A stretch of DNA of 63,063 nt, filler included, from Choristocarpus tenellus KU-1152 (lineage: Eukaryota; Protista; Phaeophyceae), in assembly GCA_964200185.2 (NCBI GenBank). It is 9 parts of 9 records of this genome, joined end to end, with 100 filler letters (N's around TTAATTAATTAA, not from the genome) between each part and the next. Parts side by side here need not be neighbours in the genome. Positions count along the whole stretch, not along the records: positions 38,700 to 42,359 come from CAXNAD020018664.1; positions 42,460 to 53,447 come from CAXNAD020002578.1; 7 more parts are not named here. One strand, 5' to 3'. Numbering within the stretch: position 1 is the first letter of the stretch; every line of letters starts with the position of its first letter. This document shows, in pieces, positions 38,925 to 52,463 of this stretch. The position numbers and the translations under genes are program-made. Under the pieces are notes generated by a model that worked only from the letters and a program-made list of their open reading frames with translations, made no database searches and was not told the DNA's origin.

Positions 38925-39430
38925 TCTTGTGCCTACAACCTAGCTTAGTCCTGCACCCCAGGGTGAGGAGCTAGGGAAGCATCCCAAGAATCTAACGTCT
39001 CCAGCTTAAAACGCATGACACGTCTAGATAGGGCTACTTATGTTGTGACTTTGATTATCTGGCGTAGACGAGATTTGACCACCCCCTACCGCGCGTGCAT
39101 AGGTAGCTCATCCAGAAAAGTTTCCGCTTGCTTCCCGAGGCCCCCAAAACTTTCCTCCGCGAAGGTGTTGAGGTTATAACTATGAGGGTCAAAAGATCCC
39201 TCGTAGTGGGTACGCTTTTGCGCCTCAGCTGCAGCAGCAGCTACACCATTGCTGGTGGATGAGTGGGACAGATGGGAGGCTGCTTGCACTTCTGCAGATG
39301 TGATATTGAGGAGGAGGCCTTTGTCTCGCTAGGGAGCTGATCCGGCATCCGCAAGTGCCCCAGCATGAAAGACCAGATCCATGCGGAAATTCCTACCTAC
39401 TGTAAATGGGCTACCATCCTCTATAGTGCA
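38925..39430 (-). mobile_element. 3' end of a CRE/R2-type non-LTR element with a restriction-like endonuclease; related decayed pieces at about 39640-39920 and 56760-56870
   Basis: FRMDLVF...LLLNIT...GVAAAAAEAQKRTHYEGSF...FAEESFGGLGKQAETFLDEL fits the REL (PD-(D/E)xK) domain pattern AE..K...Y..E.FG.LG..A..FL. Confidence 0.7.
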
Positions 39431-42400
39431 AGGTGTGTTATTGTTCTGCCCTGTGAAAACTTTACATGTGTCAAGGAAAAAAAAGAAACACATCACAAGG
39501 ACTACTGTCGTAAACATATCTACCAGTTGTCATCAATGCTAAGATACCTCTAAATAAAATATTGTCAATTTAACAACTAACAATGCAATAATGTCTCCTT
39601 AAAGGTTCACTACTAACTCATGTGTACACTAAAATGCTTCTAACCTAGCTCAACCCTACGAGGGTGGGCTAGGAGCTAACGAAGCATCTCAAGAATCTGT
39701 CAGGCTTCTGCCTGGTGTCTCTAGCTTGAAATGCATGGTGTGTCTAGTGAGAGCCACTTGTACAGGGACAGACACTATCTGTCTCAACCCATTCTTGACA
39801 GCCCCCTCCCTATAATATCCTCCAGCCCCTCTCCCCTATACTGCATGGGCGGCTAACTCAACCAATAAACTCTCTGTTTCTTTTCCAAGGCACCCAAAAC
39901 CCTCTACTACGAAGGCAAAAAAAGTGACGATTATATATCAGTAGTTGCTGCATACCGCCATTACATGAGGAGTCGTGTGTAGCCGCACCAACAGATAGAA
40001 TAATTGTCCTCTGGATAGCTCTTCAGACAGTTTTCTTTGAAGTGTTCGAGCGAGAGACAATACGGTGGTGAAAAGGAATGTCTATATTACAAAGTGGTGC
40101 GTAGTAATGTGTCTGGTATTGGCAAAATCGGAGATACATAGCATGCCACCTTGTGGTGATTAAAGTACCGAACTAGTCATGTTTCACGGAGTACATTTCA
40201 AAAAGCACTCTATGTGGTATTTACAAAACATATCGGATGTAATAAGTCAATGGCGACAAAACTACACCTGGAGAGGGAAAGGATTGGACAGGTATTTTGT
40301 TTTTTATATTATCCCATTGTTTTAGAACTGCTAAAGTATGATCAGTGGTCAAGATCCACGTGGAAAATATATATTTTCAAATCCAAGCGATGACTCAATT
40401 AACACAGTTTTTTTTTCCCCGTTTTTCTATTTTGTTAATGTTTTCCTGTACCGCCACGTTTTTTCCCCTTTTCTCATAAACGTAAGTGTCTTTGTGGGAA
40501 ATCTTGTACCTGATGCATAATCCAACATTTACCCATGGTCTTGTATTTGATGCACCAGAACAAATTCTGACCAAATTGAAGTACCTAGAAAATAATCACC
40601 TTCGACTCACAACTCTGTGAGTTCAAACCGAGTACATCTGTTCTTTTATTCCTTAGTTCATTGATGTCCACAAAAAGAATCGATTCGCAATGCTACTCAC
40701 CAACGCTGATTTCTACATTTCTAAACTCCTAGCCTGATTCAAGAACCCATCAGGTATTCGTGGATGATCCTACGTGCAAAAACAGCGTCATTATCACTGC
40801 CATACACTAAGGTATACTTGATACTTACCGAAGGACAGGAGGTTCGAATATCCACAGATTTTATTCGGTTTCGCTTGAACTATGCGTTTGAAGTGATGTT
40901 CGTTGATGCGCATTTTTGTATGATCAGTGAGTTGCAAACACACCACCCCAGTTAACCTCTGACTGACCGCATATGCCTTTTCGACAGTGGTAGCAGGTAT
41001 GAGCTAGGGTATAGAAGAGTCTGGGGTTATGCCTTCTGCCCTCTAGGCCCCTGCTAGCTTATAGGAGGGTTGTATTAATGGGTCAAAAAGGGGATTGCAA
41101 CCCAAGCTGGTGACCTTGGGAGGATCAGGTGACAAGTGATCCCCCTAGAAAGGAGGAAACCACCAAACTCTTGCATATTTGAACTGGGAGACAGGTTCGC
41201 CACTATGTGTAGTGTAGAGGAATACAGAAAGAAGGCGTATAGGCGTTGTGGGAATTTTTTGGTTCCTGCGTTTGGTTTATCTGGCCCACCGTCCATGTGA
41301 CTGCCGTTGGCGAGGTCTACTGATTGACTTCACACATGTCGTATAAGTAGGACCTCGTAGAACGACGAAGTAACCTTCTGCTTAAAAAATACTTCGACTA
41401 TGTATTACAACAGATACAACTGACTTCAGTTGCTACTAGTACCGTTGTAGAGTGGTATCCAAAATATATACTTCTAGAAATGTACATAAAGTGGACGAGG
41501 TACGTACTGGAGTATATAACAAAAAAATGAAGCTCACTATAGCTCTAGGTTCCTAGGTAAAGGTATATATAGAGAGTGTTGATTTATGTGGTGGTCGGGC
41601 ATCACAAGAACAAAGACATTCATTTCGAGCACATGCTGTCCACCGACACTTTTTTTATTATTTCCAGGACAAAGAAAGAACATAAATCGAAGTATGAGAC
41701 TACGACAAAAACAGTACTTACTATTAGTCTGTACTATTTTAATGATCGAAGACCACCACAAGCATGTTCTATGTCACGTTGTTATTGTGTGGGAAATAAA
41801 ATAAAGAACAATTCCACACCCTTCCTTACGCCTAAGGTAACATTATATTTCCTGTACAGTTGTCATTTTCAAAGGTTGAACAAATACATTGTGAGGCACT
41901 TGAACGCAGGAACTCAATCAAATATTCAGGCATCGATGACTCAAAATCTATCACAAGTCAGTGCGTTTTTTTAAATGATCTTGCATATAGCAGTATCCCC
42001 GATCACGAAGCATGTACTATCTAGAAGACTCAGAGAGGAATGTGCTCAATGATACAGACCCAAACATTTTCGCTTAATAATGAAGGACTTGAGGACCTAG
42101 GTAGAGTTTTTCTCCTCATCATACGTGTCTTGTCAATTTTTGGGATCGAAAAGATATGCAGAGGAACTGGACTCTGTTCTCTCCCTGTGTATGATGAACA
42201 CTACACAACAATGATGGAGACCGAACAAGATCATGCTGACCATGACTCTTCTTATTTGTACTTTTTTGGGGAAAGACTCAAAGTATGTAGGGGGGGGGGT
42301 CTACACCATGGTGTCCATTTGGGGCAAAACCAGGAAAAGTACACTTACATTTTCCATCCNNNNNNNNNNNNNNNNNNNNNNNNNNNNNNNNNNNNNNNNN

Positions 42401-44499
42401 NNNTTAATTAATTAANNNNNNNNNNNNNNNNNNNNNNNNNNNNNNNNNNNNNNNNNNNNATCGCGACATGAAAAAATTGACCCCAAATGGACAGCCGCCA
42501 CCCCCTCCCAGATACTTTGAGGCTCATGTGCGAAGGCACTCACTCACCGCACCTAATTTTGCAACTTTTTAGCAGCATTGCTTAAAATGGAGTGGTATGA
42601 TGCTGAGCACACCTAGTCTCCCCTAAACTGGGATAGGTAGTCTGGGTCTGAGTGGAGGTGGATGTTCGCTTATCCTCCTCTGCTACTAAAAATGACACTT
42701 GACAAAATCTGAGCAAGAACAGTGACGGGAGGGACACAGATTTATTTGGGTTTCTGGTGGAACTCTCATGTTGTAGGCGGACTGGTGCCCATGACAAGAC
42801 ATCATCCTCCTTGACTCGTGCACATGGTCCTCGGAGCCCTGACCTCTCTGAAGCATTCCCATGGTCTTCATGGACATACTCTCTGTCCCAGGGAGTAGAA
42901 GTGTAACCTTTCTCGTGCCAAGATGGAGCACAGTCCAATTGGCAACAGTGCATCTCAAGTGCGACAATCTCACAGGCATGGAGATTCCGCTTACCCCTCC
43001 ACTACCGCACATCTTCCCCAGCGTCCTGACTGCCAAAACTCTCCCTAGTTTGCTTCTTCGGCGCTATGTACCCTTGGCAGTACATTAAATGTATCTGCAG
43101 ACACTTCGTGGTAGAAAATGATAAGGAAATTAACGTTGACATAGGAAAGATTCAGGAGGGTGCTAAATTCAACCAGCTGAACTGTATTCTCAACTTGCAA
43201 TTTAGCAGACCCCAATGTGATTGCGCTCACCTTAGATCCCATGCCACAGTTCATTCCAAGCAACATAGCAATGACATCGGTGAACCACAGGCAAAGAAGG
43301 GTTCATATTGAAGTTCACCCTGTAGATTGGCATAAGAGATTAACCTTCCAATCCCGCACTCGGTATACCCAAAGACTTATGCACCAATACAAGAACCGAT
43401 TGGATGCACAAATGTCTCGAGGTGCACTGAACTCATGTGTGCCTACCCTATGAATTATGACCACTGATCACAGGTTGCATCAAGCTGAACACCAAAGGAA
43501 CGACTTTTTAATTTTTAATCCAAGCTATATCTCACTTCTTTTTGGTGCACCACAGCAGGCGTAAGTTGCAAAACAAAATTTGAGGAAGTGTGATACACAA
43601 ACAATACTACGTTACACATGTTTTTGGCGTTGTGGAGGACCCCTCTGTGACAGAGCTTTTGATTGTTCATAATCTATATTATTGTGATGGTAGTCTTGAT
43701 TAGATTTGAATTTGTGATTGTAAGGGTTGTCATGTGCATGTATGTATCATTCAAAAGAGTAAATGCTTTCCACTTTGAATCTGTTGCTCGTTCAATTGTG
43801 ATACAGAGTAATTTTTTCAATAAGACAACTATTTTTTTTTTTGTTGAGAAATACATTTGATATATTGCTGGCCATTTGAAAGCAAACAGACTACTACTAT
43901 TATGCCTGACTTTCCTCCCGCTCCCACATATAAAAAATGTATTTTAGTGTCACATTAGGAACCCACAGATGTGTCCCCACAACGACAGTTTCACTTAGAC
44001 CTTTTTTTCACACTCCTCCTTTCCGTGTATTGTACTGATGGTTGCGACAGTTGTAGAAACCTTTCATAATTTTTCCGAAAGTACTAAAATAGGAGGTGAG
44101 AGACATTGTTTTTGAGGTAAGCAACAAATTTCTATGCTGTTGTTTCCTTCTTTTTTTTTTCTTTTTTTTTTTAAATCCTTACTACCTATGCCCGGTACTG
44201 ATAATATAGTCACGATTTGGACATCGCATGATATAACTCACTCCCTTGGACGATTTTTTCAAACAAACTTCACCACTGTGAAGAGTGCAGCCCAATTGGT
44301 CAGTTGGAATATCACATTCAAATGACATGCGTAGTTGTGGAAGACAGAGAACCCTGAAGGACGGTGAAGTCAAGACCTCAATTTGAAACTCCTGATCAAA
44401 GCCCTTATATTCACACACTAGGCTCGTGAACTGCTCGGAAGGTGCTTTAGACTACCAATATATAGAATGTTCCGCTGGTTGAAAGGAGGGCAATTCTGG

Positions 44500-45060
44500 A
44501 ATTGCTTCATGCAACAAGAGTGGCTCCTTGATAAACGTTGACATCAAGCAAGTTGCCAAGATGTTTGAGAGCAATACTTGAGTGATCTCAACCAAGGGTC
44601 TGGAAGGCCTACAAGACCCCAAAAGGTATTGGTGTTATGGATGCCGATATTAGCATGCAACAGAAGGGAATTCTGGCCTCAAATGTATCAACCTCAACAA
44701 CCTATGGTTTTGCCGACAAAAAGATCCTCTAAAAAGAAACACAAGAAGCAGTGCACCCTGGCGAGGTATCCTGTGGTTCATTCTTCATGACAACAAAAAT
44801 AATCTTAGTTTTAGGGTGCCCCGACCTGTTTTTATCCATTGCTCACTGATGAGCGCAAGTTACAATTGCCGATGGGGGAACCACACTGGATCACTGAGAA
44901 ACCTTGAGACTCCAGGTGTTCTACCATTTCAAAGGCTTTGTGGATGAGGAGTGGTTTTCATTTGCAGGGACGGCCAGAAGTACCTCCTTCATGATGACCA
45001 CAAGCCTCCTGCCCGCAAGGTGCAGCACAGGAGCCACACTACCTAAACATCGACCCAAAC
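44500..45060 (+). mobile_element. Tc1/mariner (DD39D-type) transposase remnant
   Basis: The frameshifted reading FVDEEWF../RDGQKYLL../PARKVQHRSH matches the mariner motif HVDEKWF...Y.L...P.R.VQHKSH. The left boundary is approximate. Confidence 0.65.
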
Positions 45061-45589
45061 GCTCACAATATTTCCACATATCCAAATTGTGACCATATTA
45101 CTGGATAAGGGAAATGTTACTATTGTTCATTAGTTGTGACTCTGATTGTTGAGATATTGAGAGTTCACTGTACCACTGGGGGCAGTCAATTATGCCTCTC
45201 TGAGAAGTGCCATGGTGGTGCAGTTTGGTATGTCATTATCTGACAAAATCGGGGACCTGGATGCTACCCTTGTTACTCTACGGTTTATCGCATCGCCGCT
45301 CTAGTTGAGTGCTCTTCCCAAGCGGCCTTTTCAATCTTCGCTTTTCCTGTTGAGTTCGTTTACTGTACCCCTGCTGGTAGTAATGTTATTTTCTTCCAAC
45401 CGTTGTAAAGAGATATGGTCCTTGTATCCTCTCACAAGTAAGAAGATCGGGAAAGTAATCTCTTCAGGATTTGAACTTGTGACCTGTTACTCTGGTGGTA
45501 CAGTGATATCTAAAATATCATTACTTTGATTATGTAACTCTTTCTGTTTGCCCTACTGAGCGTGCTTTTGCTGGGCTGGGCTGTGGCAG

Positions 45590-48500
45590 GTAACTAGCAT
45601 CAAGAACCTGGGCATCACCAGTAAATCACAGGTTAACAAGATCTTCGAGCGATTTGTGAAGGTGCCACCCTGTGGACGTTCGGCAAAGATGCTGCAGAGT
45701 GACCTGTTCTACCTGTTTTTGTTCTTTGATTGCCTATGGTGGTCATATTCTTATCTCTGTTTTGGTTCTCCTTTGTAGTGCACTTGATTTCAAGAATTTC
45801 TTGATTGTGTAGGATCGCCAGTTAGTTTGATGTGGCAAGTTTGCAAACAGTTGAAGGGAAAAATCTATTGGAGCAGTACATGCAATTGTGGTTGGAGGAA
45901 AAATGTGTATGTGTGTATGCATTGTGTATTTAGAAGAACTCCGAGCGTCTATGAATTTGAAATTAGATTTTTTTTTTTTTGTAATACCAGGCACCTATTA
46001 AAGTTTTGTACCTATGCACTAAAAATGCATATACTTCAATGTTGTTCCAAGTGTGATTGTGTTTTTTGTTACTGGTATATAAATATTAATATAATGGAAT
46101 AATCATGACTGACTCCTGTCTTTTCTATGTATTGTTTTTTGCTATTATTTCTGCGTAAGTGTTACAGTCACCACAGCATAACTACCCACCATCAGCCTTG
46201 CCCTGGTATACTTCACCCAACCCCTTCGACAATCTTCCATACCCATGCTGATATCTATGACATTGAGCAGGAGCTGGATATCATGTCCAAGATGCATAGC
46301 CCGTATGTGGTGAAAGTGCTTGGAGCTTTCACTAGCTCTGAGGAGGTGGGGTTGGTCATGGAGTTTGTTGAACGAGGGAGTCTCCATTCTGTGTTGGAGG
46401 TGATTAATTCAGGATTCTACACAGATGGTGCTGTGTACGGATTGATTGGATTGTTTGTTGCCGTGTTATACTTTGATACGTACGAGTGGTTTTCTTTTGT
46501 CTTAAGGTTCAAAATGATTATTTTAGTTTCTCTGTATTGTTAGGCTTGATTGTTGAGCTATGGTGGTGAACTAATATTTGCATACACACACATATATATA
46601 TATATTCATGTTTTGTGCGTGGCAATACATCCTGTTCTACTACAGTAGCAAATGTGAAGACCAGAGGTGTAGGATGTGGTAGGAGGGAGGTGTCTGATTG
46701 ACTGGATGTGGTGGGATGAAGGTATCTGATTGACTGCCTGCAAATGACAAATATTGGCTCCTTTTCCCCCCCACATATCATGCTTCTAATATGATATTCT
46801 TAACCCTTGACCTTGGCATGATCACAAGCACTACTCAGGTGGTATTAATGTGACATTTTTGTAATTGATTCTCATCACCTTTTGAGTTGATTGTGGCACC
46901 TGAAGTCAATGTCTGTACCATTTAACCCACTTTTCATCTCTCATTTATTTTGGTGGTTGTGTGATTGTCAAGGATCCTAATGAACGAGAAAAGCTGACTG
47001 GTACGATCAAGCACTCCATCCTCATGGACATAGCGACTGCGGAGTGCTACCTCTACCAGCATAACGTGCAGCATCGTGACCTCAAGAGCCTCAATGTTTT
47101 GATCACCCATGATTGGCAGGCAAAGGTGAATGAGACCCTCCCTGCTGGGATGTGAATGGGGTTGAGGTTTGGTCAGTTAAAGACACGGACTGCAGTGTGA
47201 CAAATTCATCTTATACCATGAACAACATACCTCATACTGACCCATCGATCCCTCCATAGGTAGTTGGGTGTCCATTTCCTATTTTTTCCAAAATCAGCGA
47301 CCCACGCAATTTTGAGCTTTGTTTGCATCCGTATCAGGAACACTTGGAAAGTTATTGATTTGGATAGAAGATTGCTACATCTACTAGGACAACGACAAAC
47401 GTGTTGGTTTTAACTCTTGGTGTATGTGTGTGAGAGGGCAAAAGAAGAGAGAGGGTATATTGTTGACCTACTCAGATGAAGTACCTCCTGTATAAAAACC
47501 AGTAGAGTATACCCTCTGAGCACACACAAGTTTTGAAATTTCACTTGTCAGTGAATGTATGTATGCTGCATTTGAGCTTGTGTGTATGTAGAGCTCCTCA
47601 TGCATGATGATTTTGCCAAATTGTCCTGATGATGGGATCAGAGGTTGGAGTAATCTGCGTAAGGAGTGTGGTCATCTCAGTGACTTTTAGTCTCCCCGAA
47701 TGACCAACCTCCCCGCTCACCAACCCAATTTCTCATGATCAAGATTGCTGACTTTGGTATGTCTAAGACAAGGGAAGCAATCTCCAGCAGTGCTACCATT
47801 TCAAGCTTCCGTGGGGGCACGTTGTACTGGAAGGCTCCTGAGCTGCTCAGGTCTGGTGGGGTGGAGCTTGGCGTCTTCACTGAGAAGTCTGATGTGTACA
47901 GGTGAGAGAGATCTTTAAGGTGTTGATATTGTGTAGTCCTCACACCCTGTGTAAAGTCAAAAGGCTTCCATTATTTGAGTTTCAATTTCCCCATAGCAAC
48001 CAAACAGGGAGTCTGTGCATGGCTCCCCCCTTCTGCTGGCAAAGTTTCTATTTTGAGATGTTTTGGGTTCCTCTGTTAGGAGATTGTCTATGGTGTTTTG
48101 GCGGGTTGGGAAGGGTGGAGCACGGTTGGAGGGAATACACATAGTATTTTACAGATAGGTGAATCTGCACTGCTCGTTATGAGACTGTAGGGAAAATATG
48201 CCAGGATTGAAGAGTATGGAATCAGCACAAAAGGCATTGTACATACTGTGGGCTGACAGAATAACCTCCTGTGCTACATTGGAGCAAATTGGATGTACAT
48301 TTTCATTTTTTTTGTCATTGACTTTATATCATCCATTTTGCTGCTGTTTTCACTGTGATTCCAATATATTTGGTACTGCAATTGATGCTATTGTGAATAT
48401 GGAGCAGCTTTGGAGTCATTGTGTGGGAGGTGATGTGTGGGGAAGGGAATCGTCCATGGCAAGACTACCCGACAGATGAGGTCATGCGGAGGGTGATGGC

Positions 48501-50076
48501 TGGTGCTCAGCTGTCCATTCCTGCAGGGTGCCCCTTTGGAGCCACGTAAGATGTTCTTGTTATGTGCTGGCTTTTCGAGGAGCATTATCTTTTCTCTCAT
48601 CCCCAACCCCACCAATAATGTTATTTGATTGTTTCCTGTTTGTTGTTCTTGGGTTGTTTGACTGGTGATCTTTATGGTAGTTATTCTTCAAATATACTAG
48701 AGAAGTACAACAAAACAATAATAGTAATTGTTATGATTGCTAACTGGGCTTTAGTTCGAATAAATTTATGGCATGAACTATCCCTGTTAGTTTTGCAGGT
48801 TTTCATTGTTAAAGAAGGTGTAGAATCCCAAGTCTTGATGTTGAAATATGTAGATTAATTCCTTCTCAGTTATCCTGTAATAGGAAGAAAGTTTGAGTGA
48901 GAAACACCATCCAAGCGAGGGGTGGTGATAAACCTTTCACTCATCTCTGGTCACTAATATATCATCACTCAATCTGTGTTACTTGCTACAACATTCATCT
49001 TCCAGGATTCTTCTTAAATATGCAAATCCTGGATATTGTTATCCAACAGTTATCCAGTAACACTCTAAGTTTCTAACAACTGGTTGTTTTCTTAATGTGT
49101 ACTTTCTCACATGAATTTAAAGCATAATCTTGACATTATATTTAACGAAATGATCAAATATAATGTGAAATAATATTTGCATACTTTCTCTGTTCCAACA
49201 TCATTTTGAACAGCTTTTGATATTTTTTGTTGCGACCTTGCAAAATTCATGGTGAGGTTGTCCTAGTATCTCGGTGCTCTCCGACTTAGTCTACACATTC
49301 TACGCTACTGCTGAGAAGTTTCAAGAAGTCTCTTCCCAGTGAGGTAGTTTTTCTGTGCCTTGAACTGTTGGAACTGATGCTGAATAGAGGTAGAGGAAAA
49401 GGCAGAATGCGTAATTGGATACGGAGTACTGTTGTATAAAAAAGGAAGAAAATATGAGGTGGTACAGAATGGGTTGCGCCTGGGGTCAAGCTGTGGATGA
49501 ATATGATATGGATGGTGGGTGGGTCTTAATATTGATTTGTTGTTTCTACGCCCTTGTCCCTCTGACAAGTCACAGCCCATGTTGCAATGGATTACCCTTG
49601 TGATGTGAAAGCGATGTGTGCTGTGGAGTCTGTGATGGGGTTGCACATTTTCTGTCCACCTTGTCGTCAAATTGTCTCTATGACCAGCATTGTCCTCAAT
49701 CTCATTGGCCTGTCTGTAGTACTGTTTATCAATGCTATGTACCCTCTTAAACTGTTGACCTTGTTGCTCTGTGTGCTCTGCTAGGTTAAGTTCGAGAGGA
49801 GTAGAGTCTTTTTTTTGTTAAACATAAATCTCTGTGCATGTCAGCTCGTTATTTTCAAGTGATCTGCCTTTTACTCACTATTGCAGTATTGTTATTGTTA
49901 CGCAGACTACAAAATACATTATCAGGCAGTGCCTGAAATATTTACCCTGTTTATTTTCTAATGGGATTATTTACGATGCTCACAGGAAGCTGATGCTGGA
50001 ATGCTGGAAGGAACAAGAGGCACGCCCTCCTTTCTCAAAAGTTTCCTTAATGCTCCAGGAGAATACATGGGCTTGA
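45590..50076 (+). CDS. Tyrosine-kinase-like (TKL) Ser/Thr protein kinase, C-terminal part (exons 45590-45661, 46271-46399, 46973-47125, 47744-47901, 48408-48545, 49986-50076)
   Basis: The spliced frame gives FERFVKELDIMSKMHSPYVV, LVMEFVERGSL, HRDLKSLNVL, IADFGMSK, GTLYWKAPE, KSDVYSFGVIVWE and LMLECW..RPPF, then TGA. The exons for subdomains I-II (Gly loop, VAxK) were not located. Confidence 0.9.
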
Positions 50077-50512
50077 TGTGATCCTGTAGGCCGTGTGTGG
50101 AACTTTATTTGTGAGGTTGGATTCCATGTACTAAGAGCTTGGAATGTAATGGGCAACAATTTCCTATGTAGGGCAACAGGTGGTCCGTGTAACACAAGTA
50201 AGATTGAACTAGTTTGCACTTGCAGTTCACAATAAGGTGTAGTTATAACTGGAGGTATTGCTGTCGATCAGACTCCTTTTTTATGCACTTGGGACTTTCA
50301 CTAGTGAGTTACGAGTAGCATAGGCAACAGTGTTTCTACTTGTTCTTCCCCTCATATTGAATCAAGTAAGAAAATGGTGCTTGTGTCACATCCCAGTTGG
50401 TTATTACAACTGTGCTTTTTTTTATGTCATTAATTGTATATTGTATGTGTGCCTGATCCTCGCATCTGTGTAAAGTCTCAAGTTTTTTTCTTCCCTTTTG
50501 ATTTAGTGTCAT

Positions 50513-50770
50513 GAGTCAAATTATCTTAGAGGGAAGAGCCACGTCCATTTGGGGCCCAAAATCCAATGTTGTGATTTTGATGTAATTTTGATTATCGCGT
50601 TTGTTAGGAAATGTCAATATCCTTGTTTCAGACACACCTTTTCATAACGTATACATTTTACCTAATCCAAAACATTTTGGAGTAGGAAAATGTCATAAAA
50701 TACCTGTGGGAAATCAAGTCCCAAACGGACAAACAGGACAAAACTCGTACCCTCTAAGATACTTTCACTC
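50513..50770 (+). mobile_element. MITE family A with 4-bp TSD TCAT
   Basis: Full TIRs, flanked by tcat on both sides. Confidence 0.88.
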
Positions 50771-52386
50771 TCATTTTATGTTGACTCTCTATTTAACATT
50801 TCCTATATGCTTGCCGTTGTAGGACAGTAGTGCAATACCTTCGGGGGCCCCCTCTATTTAGGTAGTGCCCTCCATGCTTAGAGGTTAAACCCCAAGGATT
50901 TTGTTGAGGTCATTTATGAATTTATACCTTTTTGCATTTTTTGCCGTTTTACGGATAAAATCTCAGGAGTTCCCCTCTTCTCTGCATATTGCACTAATAT
51001 TTTTCCGCATTTTTGTGATTTAATTTTTCCTTCAAAACCCATGAGAGACTGGAGAATTTGGGGGTAAGTTTGTCATCTTGGAAACGAGTTCTTTGTGCCA
51101 TGGAGATTTATTTGCACCTATGAACAAGCACAAAGGAATGGTTTATTTGTTACTCAAAGTAAGTAGTATTACTTTTTTTGGCCTCTAATCTGTGATGTAC
51201 TGTGAGCATTGATCCTGTTTTGAAGTATGTCATTTTGGAAGGGTAACATTGTTGTCCCATGCATGTTTGTACTTCCGAGATATTGTGAGGGAGAACTAAT
51301 ATTTCCACTGCTGCACATTGAATCACCTAAGATATTCTTCTTCGTGAATGCAGGAGTCTTTATACATACATACTATTTGGGCACAGGAATGCAAGTTGGA
51401 CTCTTGTGGAGAAACCCGGACCATTTGCTCACCTATGGCATCTCTGTTGAACTATCAATCTACCTCTTTCGCTTGCTTGACTTCCTCTGTGTCCAATGAA
51501 CAATGCATATGAACTGTCCCTCTGTCTGAAGCAAGTAGAAATTAACCAATGTTGTATGCCTCCCCCCCTAAGCATAAAGAGTTGTGTTGTGCACACTCCC
51601 CCTAAAACATTTCCCACTCTAGCCCTGCTACCTGCCGTAACTAGTCCCAACCGTACAAACTCCCTGTTGCAAGTTTATATCGTGGGCAAACTTTCCCAAA
51701 TATAACATACTACCTTGTAACCCCTCCCACTGGAAGGACTTATTAGATGTTTTTCTGCCCCTGCAGAAAGATGTGTATGCATGTATCCCTTCTTACACAA
51801 CCACATGTGAATGTATGAACCAAAGCAATTGAGAGGTAGGTAGGGTCGCATTTTGAGGACCCCAAGAAAGGGCAAGATAAAAGAAGTTGTAATTTTGTAC
51901 AATATGGAGAAAGAGCATTTCCTTATTTTTGGCGTTACTTTGTGAGTGGAAAGGGGAACTATCGAATTTTGTGTACACTATTCTACAAATAAAGCATTGA
52001 AATGGGGTGTATTCGCACAGGGTAAGAATAAGAAACACAACTCTAAATGCAAAATTGTTCAATCCCGCCTACATCTCAATTGGTTTGGCTGTACAGATTG
52101 CAGTATACCATTTCAACTTGACTGCATTTATGTAGGCGATAATTAAGTTGTTCCCTCGACCTACTTGATTGAAACCTTCAAGGCATCCTCATTTAAAGTC
52201 AAATCCTTCAGTCCTTGATATGAAATAGCCCAATCCAGTCAGCTTAATTTTTCTAGTGACATCATACAGTTAGGGTAGATGTCACGGTTCAGTTCACCCA
52301 CTTAGAGTTATGGCATGAGTGTTGCAAGTGTAAAGTGCACGTTGGTGTTCCAAGACTCATTTATTGATCAGAAGGTTAACACAACG

Positions 52387-52463
52387 CCAGGATTATGAAT
52401 CGTGTGATTCTGTGGGGGCGTGTTTCACTCAGGCAAAGGGTGGTGAAGAGAATTACCGGGCAA
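52387..52463 (+). repeat. Dispersed repeat, possibly LTR-derived; second copy at 59713-59782
   Basis: GAATCGTGTGATTCTGTGG..TTCACTCAGGCAA(A)GGGTGG.GAAGAGAAT.ACCGGGCAAG occurs in both places. Confidence 0.6.

Noticed and set aside
45590-45661. SAM domain suggested by KNLGITSKSQVNKI
   Set aside because: The exon splices in frame to ELDIMSKMHSP and so forms the approach to kinase helix C (FERFVKE).
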